Positions 55,401 through 64,000 of a DNA stretch of 64,000 nucleotides are shown here, piece after piece. The position numbers were made by a program, and so were the translations under genes. The notes beneath the pieces are model-generated. The model worked only from the letters and a program-made list of their open reading frames with translations. It was not told the origin of the DNA and ran no database searches. The DNA comes from Trichoplax adhaerens (taxonomy: Eukaryota; Animalia; Placozoa). Location of the stretch: positions 5,371,229 to 5,435,228 of the forward strand of contig NW_002060947.1 in assembly GCF_000150275.1 (NCBI RefSeq), read 5' to 3'. Numbering within the stretch: position 1 is the first letter of the stretch; every line of letters begins with the position of its first letter.

Positions 55401-58400
55401 ACTGAATGTTATTGGATAGCATTATTCATGGCAAAAGGCAATTAAAACCTAAATACTTGCTGACGCTGTATGACTTGGTGCTAAAATGCAGTGAAATGAA
55501 TGATATTATCTGCCAGCTTTACTACATTCGATCCCTGCTGCGAAAAACTTGACTTATTTAATTTTTATATTACAGCTTTTATATCATTGTAGATACCCCT
55601 GTAGTGCCTATTAGAAAATTAAGTTAATATGAAAATGTCCATCACTGACATTATTTATTTATCTTATCGTAGCTAATACGAATACTGTACAATTATATAT
55701 TTGCAATTCTACTCTTTCGTGTAGTCGCACATTATATACGAAAATAGTATAAAGAACAATTATTACGAATTCATGCTATAAGCTAGCTAGTAACGAAGTA
55801 CAGTTAGTAGAGATGGCAGGCGCCACTATTATTTATTTATCGCTCCAAGTCAAAATTTGGATAAATTGGATGTCTTAAATTATTCCTGTTAACTCACGTA
55901 GGACTACTCGTGACTGATACTATCGTACGGTGACTAGGCACGGAAAATTTTGACAGTGATTGACATCTAAGTAGATAGACATCAAAAATATAATTTACAG
56001 ACATTCGAACACGATGAATAACTGCTCAAAATGCTATGTAATTTCTCAGTCGCAGATCTAGCATTGCTTAATTCTGGAATCAATTACGCATAATCATCAT
56101 GTAAAATGCCCTTAATCATAAGTATTATAAAGATATGCATATGTAAATACATCCTATAAGTTCATTAGCATATGATGCCTCTCATCATTCACCTAACATA
56201 ATTCGTAAATGAAGAAAATCAATAAATAATACTATGAGTACGAGTATAATACTATATATATACCAATACTTTCACTAGGCTAAATTATACTCACTTTTGC
56301 ATAATTGATCCAGTATAACTTTATTTTAGCCCTTGTTTACGTCTTATATAAAGGTAACTTTTGTGAAATCGACTATATTACATTATTGTTTCTCATGATG
56401 CTTTATTTTTGTCAATTTAGGCCTATCACAAAATGAAATCTTGGAACAGTTTGGAGCAATGTTTTTTAAATTTTGTCAAGAATCCAATTATGACAAAATT
56501 TTACAGGTTTTAGGGGGTAGCTTAAAAGATTTCTTGTGTAACCTTGATGCTTTACACGATCATCTTGGAACTATTTATCCCGGAATGAGAGCTCCATCAT
56601 TCCGCTGTGTAGAACGATCTTCTGATGGTGCACTAGTGTTATACTATTACTCTTATCGTATTGGCCTGGAACATATCGTTATTGGGATAGTTAAAGCGGT
56701 TGCTAAAAAGCTGCACAACTGTCAAGTTGATGTAGTCATCGAGAAAACTCGAAACGAAACCGGAGATCATGTTGAATTTGCAATTCATATGAAGCCAACG
56801 GAAATTTCAAAATTGGATAAGAGGAAATCCATAATGTCTTTAATTGGCACACCTAACGACCTTGATGCTGCTGCCATGTCCGAAGATATGTTGATTGGTT
56901 CAAGCACCTTTTGTAAAGCTTTCCCTTTTCATATAATGTTTGATCGCGACTTAAATATCCAACAGGCAGGAACATCAGTGGCTCGTGTCATTCCTCATAT
57001 GTTAAATCAACAATTTAAATTTTCCCATCTCTTTGACCTGGTTAGACCACAAATGGAATTTAATTTCGATAGTGTTCTGTCACATATTAATACTGTCTTT
57101 GTGTTAAAAACTCACGATGGATTTTTAGATGTTAGCCAGTTAAAAAGTAGTAGTGAAATATTTCGAGCAAATAATCAATCCGTACTTCGACTTAAAGGTC
57201 AAATGTTATACATTAAGGAGTCTGATGTCATGTTATTCCTTTGCTCACCAAGCGTTGGCAATTTAGATGATTTGCAAGGTCGTGGTTTATATCTTAGTGA
57301 CATTCCAATTCATGATGCAACACGAGATTTAATTTTATTATCAGAGCAATTCAAGGCTGAGTACGAGCTAACTCAAAAATTAGAAGTTTTAACCGATGAA
57401 TTGCAAAATACGTATCGCAAGTTGGAAGAAGAAAAACGTCGCACTGATCAGCTACTCTATTCCATTTTACCGCCATCTGTTGCTAAAGAGCTACGACAAG
57501 GTGGTACTGTCGAAGCCAAAAAGTTTGATGCAGTTACTATCCTATTCAGTGGGATAGTTGGATTTCAGAAGATTTGCCAAGATTCAGAGCCCATGGTTAT
57601 TGTTAAGTTATTGAACGACATTTATACTGCCTTTGACGATAATATACGTAACGATGTATACAAGGTAATCGAGCAAGATATCCTGTAGTTGTAGATTACT
57701 TTCTGTAACATTAAAATGGTACTATTTCTTGTTAAAGTGTATTAATACAACCGTTGCTTTATTATACACGTATTTAATAGGTAGAAACCGTCGGTGACAT
57801 GTATATGATTGTCGGTGGTTTACCGAAACGTAGCAATACCCATGCTAAAAGCGTTGCTCTTATGGCATTAGACATGATACAACTTACTCAAAGGATTAAA
57901 GTCAACGATCAACCTGTTAAGGTACATTATAACCGTTCCTATCATTTTCTGATATGTTTTTATTACAGAGAAGGTATAAAATAGTTAATTATTCCACGTC
58001 TGTACATGTCTACTCATGCAGATTACTATAGGAATTCACTCGGGCGAAATTGTTGCTGGCGTAGTTGGCAAAAAATTACCTCGTTACTGCCTCTTTGGCA
58101 ATACTGTCAATATTACAAGTAGAACACAAACAACGGGCGCCGAAGGCAAAATCAATTTAACGGAAGTAACGCACAAGTAAGTATATATCAGTAGATAAAG
58201 CTTATACTGTTATAATTTTAAAAAATTCCTTGCTTGTTACTGAGGGCTAAACTTGCAACTTTTTTTTATAGATTGTTGTTGCAACCGCAATGTCAAGATA
58301 GTAGCTTCTGTTTTACCCAAAGAGAAGATTTGGTAAGAATGAAAGGTCGAAAAGAGCCGATGAAATGCTACTTTCTAGAACGGCATAATAAAAATAAAGC

Positions 58401-58581
58401 AGTCCATTTAATCATGAGAAATAGCTCAGCAAATAGAAGTTTCCTTTTCAAACCGAGAGAATCGGAATCGTCGCCTCAATTTACTCCTCCTTCACACGGT
58501 ACACCACCGCTTACTCTTCCAATGGAATGCCCATTCAAAACTGAAAAGCTATTGCAATCAGTGGTAAATAAACTAATATAA
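52442..58581 (+). CDS. GUCY1B: Soluble guanylate cyclase beta1-type subunit, canonical NO receptor (gene 4); about 675 aa, 7 coding exons
   Basis: ATG|gtaaat 52442-52444; 52848-52921 ([25 protein letters not shown]); 53689-53789 (FLLRMIYDD); 56421-57664 ([42 protein letters not shown]); 57781-57921 (VETVGD); 58022-58176 ([24 protein letters not shown]); 58272-58581 (MKGRKEPM). Motifs nearly identical to vertebrate beta1. Total 2028 nt = 676 codons. Confidence 0.96.
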
Positions 58582-59702
58582 AAACCATTATAGTTTTATA
58601 TTTTGCTAATAAACTACGGAAATACCGCAATTATTCAGTCTACAGCATCAAGTAGTGCTCGCGTGTCTTATGCAATTGCACCCTTTGAACAAATTTATAG
58701 AATATTCGTATATATCATAGAATGATGACAATTGTAACACGAGATTAGACACCTACCGTAATAGGTTGGTAATTGGTACGGCACTATACTTGCTTTATGC
58801 TAATACTTACATTACTTACTAATCTGTTTGAACTGATAGTATAGTATGCCTGTTCATTATGACTACTAATTATAATGATTGCGTATACATTTGTATAGTC
58901 GTGTTTCTATTCTACACGCTAAAAAATTGGACCTTAACGTCCCATATGAACTACGATGTATTAACTTTTTGAACGATATGTAATTATATAACTTGAAAAC
59001 TATCTTAATGTGAGTAGATTGGTAATAATTTGGGAGATAATAGCTATAAATATTGGAATTATGCATCAAAGTTAAAATTTATGACCTAACTTATCAAATA
59101 GCGAATCCATTACTATCGCAAACTATTTGTAAATTTAAAATGCTATACCGTTACAATATGACTCACGCAATTTCAAATAGCGAACGTACGGATAATAGGA
59201 ATGATCTACATCAAATTGATTGCATATACATTATACTGCGATTAGCAGTTTTTTATTAAGATTGATTCTATCTAATCGTAGATAAGTTTTATTTCGATTA
59301 CATCTAATCAATAGCAAAACAGATTAGTTTTTTACGGTACACTGTTGTACATCAAATCCATATAAATAATAGCCTTCAAAATACTTCTGTATCTCGTAAA
59401 GCACATGATGTACGTATAACATCATATATCAAATAGAGAAATGAACTATTTTGATCTTTGCCTACCTACAATGAATTGTACACAATAAAAACGGTGATGA
59501 AAAATTTTTTTCTATTTTTTAATTAATTGCGTAGCAATAGCGTAAATTAACAATGGTAGAAATAAAAAAAAGCAACATCGGCTTCAGTGATACCCTGTAA
59601 GAATTCTGATGTAAATTTTCGTAGAATAAAATGAATATGTTACATTTTTAACACGCAATAATAGCGTTTTCATATTGCTTCAACTATTTCAGTATCAGTA
59701 AA

Positions 59703-62394
59703 TCAGATTGAAAATTTTGCAATTGTACTTAATAATCCACTCAAGTTTGATCTCATACTATCACAATTATTTTGTGATGCGGTAGCAACTTGCATTGGGA
59801 GCACTTGCTGCATTTGCACTGTTGGTTGATTTATACCATCTAAATCCCGGTAATTATTGCATACATCTGTAAGTCTATAATTTGGTGATACCGGTACCAC
59901 AGTGTCTTGATTACTTGCCACTATCTGAACGGGAGTGTACATGTTGTGACCAACATGGGCTGGAGCATCGATTGGGTAAGCTGAAATGATAGAGCCATGG
60001 TGTTGGGAGAAAGGTGAATAATATGGAGACGAGGGATACTGTCCACTCCCCGGAAAGTTTGAATTTACTTTGACAGGAGTTTGAATACCACTCATGTACG
60101 ATTGCTGACTACCATTAAGATTGTCGCAGTTGACTTGTTGAGTAGATTGTGTGATTTGCTCTTTAGAATCAGCATGTGGTGTAGATAGTAATGATGGCTT
60201 TCCAGTCATCATATAAAATAATTCAATGGCATACTTTTTCATAGACCCAACCCTAAGTTAGCCAATCATTGAAATCATCATGTTAGAAAATGATGCGTAT
60301 GTTCATCCAGTCTAAAATACTACTGAACATCCCAGGAAAACACTATAAGAAGGCTATCTATCATTACGTTGTATACCTATTGTGAATATTATGTTGAATC
60401 AACCAAGGCTTGAAATAGGCATAAAATCGTAAAACGATCATTATCTTGATGGCATTTCGCAGCCTATAAAGGAGGAAAGAAAAGTCAATAAAGAAAACTT
60501 ACAAATATCAAAACTTAATCACGTAAACTAATATAATAAAGATTCATCAAAAAATGCTCGTCTACCATATCCTTGTTTTCCTTGCATTGATAACAGACAG
60601 GGCAACATTTAGGGGAAAGTCGACAAAAAAGGAATTAACTAAGAAAATTGCGGATGCCGTCAAACTATAAAGACAATAATTACCGCAAATTTAGTGATAA
60701 CAGTTCAATATTTCTGCAAGGATGGCGATAGCCGCAACAAAGTTAGTATACTCGTATTTAGCACAAACCTTCCATCTACCATGAAATCCTGTCGTATTTT
60801 TTTCTGTAGTAATTCCTATTAACAAGTATAATATAGTAACGCGGTTCATCAAAATAAATAAGCAAACTAAACTAATTTGTTACCTTTTCTAATTTTTGTT
60901 GCTTTGCAACCAGGATTTTATGTTCATGTAGTTCCTTCTGTATCTATAGTGCAAACATTACAATATGGTCAGTAAGAAATTCTAGTCACTGATCAATATC
61001 AATGCTAATATACTCGTATAGGGTGATAGTACCTTATTTACAGTATTCTTTAAGGTTTGTTCTTGAGCAGCAATTGCTTGCCTCATCTCTTGAGATACTT
61101 TGTTATGATTTTGAACCTCGCAGTCAATTCTATTGATATCTTGATTTATGTAAGCTAGGAAATTACATCAAAGAATTGATATCGATCCTAATGTTGCTGA
61201 TACTGTGAAATCTATTTCTATTTAGGGCTTACATATAGAGCTAGCTTGTTGTGAAATTTTTGATTGCATTGTGGACAAGGCTTTATAACCTTGACGTAGC
61301 GATTCCTACTCATAAGAAAGGAATGGAGAGTGATTCGACTGGTGCTAACAATAATTATAGTGTCAAAATTTATATTGATATTTTTACTATATTGATTAAT
61401 ACCTCAACGTTTTGATTCTTGGATAAGTTTGCTAAATTCACCAGATAATTTAGTCGTGACAAAGTTGCGGTTGCCTACGACATTATAGAATGGTATAGCT
61501 AATTCAAGAAGACTTTTGTATTTTCTAGTAAAAATGAATTTTAATGAATAATAAATTTGTTGTGCAAACCTTGTTAACCTCATCCTGATAGTTGAGGGTT
61601 GATGAAGAATCGTTAATTCTGGCAATTTGTCCCTCATTATCAATAGCTTTTTGACTATCATCGGCATCTGATATGAGAAATTGAAAGAATTTGTCAACGG
61701 TATCAAATATTTAAATGCAAGGTAGCAAGACAATTTCTAAGGATTTGCAATCACCAACGCGAAACAATATAAAGCATATCAACATACAAAAAAACTTTAC
61801 TGTGAACTGAATTGAAATATTAGTCAGTTTTTACATTTTCTATAGAGATAAAAATGGCAGTTTGATATCTGATAATTTATATATTTATAACTTCATTTTA
61901 ATCTACAGTAGTATAAGAAATCTGTCCTACAACATCATCAATGTATTACATGGACTTGATGTGAGTCTTTCTCTGTTTAGAACGACATTCAACTTTACAC
62001 AGCCTATTGCTAGACGACTGAGAGTACTCGCTATTCATTTACAGTAGTATTAATTAATGCTTTGAACGATTGTGAAAGTGACTAGAAAGTGCACCGCTTA
62101 GGTATTTACAATATTGTAGATGAAAGGAAACAAGAAATTGATAGTTTATCTTATATTTTCCGAGTCAACAGCGCTGTCGTTGATTAGTAGATATGGATAG
62201 CTGATTGAATTTAAAATACTACAGTATATTACCTTTATCGCGATCCTGTAGAAGATATTTTAATTTATCCGATGCGATTTTTCCTTGTTGTAATAAAGTT
62301 TGTAGTATGTTTGCTGAGGTTTCAGGGATTCTAGTATCGGAGTAGTCTGTTTCCCCCATGATCACATCATTATCTATTTCCATCAGGTCGGTTT
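59703..62394 (-). CDS. Uncharacterised multi-exon protein: N-terminal coiled coil, two hydrophobic segments, low-complexity P/S/Q/Y-rich C-terminus; about 450 aa, 5' end uncertain
   Basis: Phase-consistent GT-AG chain on the minus strand: 62394-62233 (possible start ATG 62383); 61667-61570; 61474-61403; 61305-61233; 61154-61033; 60943-60884 (IQKELHEHKILVAKQQKLEK); 60815-60769; 60664-60566 (LTASAIFLVNSFFVDFPLNVALSVI); 60463-60377 (AIKIMIVLRFYAYF); 60252-59703 (contains the 179-aa ORF). Ten exons join without an in-frame stop. No family recognised. Confidence 0.72.
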
Positions 62395-63013
62395 CTATTA
62401 CAAGCCATTATAAAATAAAGATTACATCATGTAAAACGAGTAAAATGGAAATTAAGTAATTCATTTATTAACTCTTCATTCCCGAAAAGAAGTCGAAACA
62501 GAAAGATTGATGCATTGCAGTTAGAAGTGCATATAGAAATGATTTTTTATTTCCGTGAAAGTGGATAATGTCCTTCGTGCTCTGACATTATGCATCTACA
62601 CTAGAGTACAATATATTCATCTATCGTATGATATAACCATAAGCCATTTTAAGATTTAGATGATATCGTAAGACGCTAGTCACCTTGTTTATCCATCATG
62701 ATTGGATGATGATAATTATACGCATTATTTGCCATCTTTTACTTTATTATTATGAATGAAAATATCACTCCGTTTACAAATTACACAGTCCAAGCGTTAA
62801 TAACATGTCGGAAGCTGCAATCTTCGCCTTTTGCTTTCAACAAATTCCTGCAGCCGTCCGTTCTGATAGTGCGTTATACAGTAAGTGAACGTACTGTGCT
62901 GCATCATATGGCATTGTACGGTACTGTACCAAGCGTAACACTTACTGTCCATACTCATGAAAGCCTAGTCATTTTCCCAAACATCCTTGCCCAATCATGC
63001 TCCTAGTGTATGC

Positions 63014-63070
63014 ATCACGTGACAATCACAGCCTCGTAGTGGACGTGGCCATGACGTAGCATCACCTGAC
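63014..63070 (-). promoter_or_regulatory. Cluster of E-box/CLEAR-like and CRE-like motifs upstream of the minus-strand gene
   Basis: ATCACGTGAC (63014-63023), TGACGT and ATCACCTGAC within a locally GC-richer patch about 0.6 kb 5' of the first identified exon. Confidence 0.3.
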
Positions 63071-63087
63071 ACTGGATCGCTAGACCT

Positions 63088-64000
63088 GACAGTACAATGC
63101 AGTACAGTACTGTACATACTGTACTGTACATTACAGTACGATATACAGTACAGTACAGTACTGTACTGTAGTTTACTGTGCAATGTACAGTACTGTACTC
63201 TACACTGTACACTGTACTGTACAGCGTCTTTTTGGTAAGGGTAGACAGTACTGTACAGTACAGTACAGTACAGTAGAGCACAGTACCTTGCAGTACTGTA
63301 CATTACAGTACGATAGTACTGTAGTTTACTGTGCAATGTACTGTACTCTACACTGTACTGTACTGTACACTGTACAGCGTCTTTTTGGTAAGGGTATGGT
63401 CATAACAGCTATTACCATGAAAAATGACAAGCTTTACAGTACTTTATACGATTACGACAAAAATGTGTGGAAAATCATTGGAAAATACCCTGATATTACA
63501 CCTAGAATCTCAAATGACTTTCCACACACTCTGTACAGCTCAGTACTGTAGTACTGTACGGTACTACAGTAGTAGTCACTGGACCGTGCCCAAGCCTAAC
63601 TAGTACTGGACGCCATGAACTGCAAAACAAAATCTTGGCTGATTCGCCATTTTAGCAAGATACTGTTGATTCAGCAGCATTCTGCTTCTTCTGGTGAACT
63701 CCACTGTTGGTTCTTACGCTCTTACTTGGTAATGTGACTACAAGTACCGTACAGTACCTTGTAGTATACAGTACAGTACTGTAATACGGTACGGTACTAC
63801 AGTAGTAGTCACTGGACCGTGCCCATGCCTAACTACTTAACTAGTGCTGGATGCCATGAACTGCAAAACAAAATCTTGGCTGATTCGCCATTTTAGCAAG
63901 ATACTGTTGATTCAGCATTCTGCTTCTTCTGGTGAATTCCATTGTTAGTTCTGACTTCTGACACTCGTACTTTGTCATTACAGTCTACTGTACTGTAAGA
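63088..64000. repeat. CAGTA/TACTG pentamer-based satellite with two higher-order duplications (period about 155-170 bp at 63120-63396; about 236 bp at 63553-63955)
   Basis: Dense (cagta)n/(tactg)n runs with palindromic tacagtactgta junctions. tgtacagcgtctttttggtaagggta occurs twice. gtacggtactacagtagtagtcactggaccgtgccca...ttctgcttcttctggtgaa occurs twice. Confidence 0.92.

Noticed and set aside
61404-61733. 109-aa minus-strand ORF as a single exon
   Set aside because: Splice phases are only consistent using two smaller exons in other frames (61667-61570 and 61474-61403).
62995-63551. ORFs of 88-122 aa rich in YSTVLYCTV
   Set aside because: They are translations of the CAGTA satellite on both strands, not genes.

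Overview
AT-rich, intron-containing animal genomic DNA. Composition, short introns and an expanded sGC set suggest an early-branching metazoan such as a placozoan (Trichoplax-like); this is inference. The window is dominated by a same-strand tandem cluster of four soluble guanylate cyclase (sGC; H-NOX, PAS, coiled coil, class III cyclase) genes, which I spliced by hand from GT-AG sites and homology. All four share one exon skeleton. Gene 1 (2745-11776) has an alpha-type catalytic half but an intact heme-binding H-NOX domain. Gene 2 (27488-31418) is a classical alpha-type subunit whose H-NOX keeps the His but has a broken YxSxR motif. Gene 3 (41145-48073) is a beta-type subunit with Ser replacing the guanine-selecting Cys. 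Gene 4 (52442-58581) is a canonical beta1-type subunit. None has a complete active site alone, so the locus looks like a 2 alpha x 2 beta combinatorial gas-sensor kit. A multi-exon uncharacterised coiled-coil/putative membrane protein gene lies convergently on the minus strand (about 59.7-62.4 kb), followed by a CAGTA-based satellite with higher-order repeats. The gene 1-gene 2 spacer holds several diverged tandem repeats and low-confidence decayed relics (Gypsy-like, trypsin-like, DED-like, TPR-like, P450-like). I recognised nothing substantial in 31.5-41 kb.
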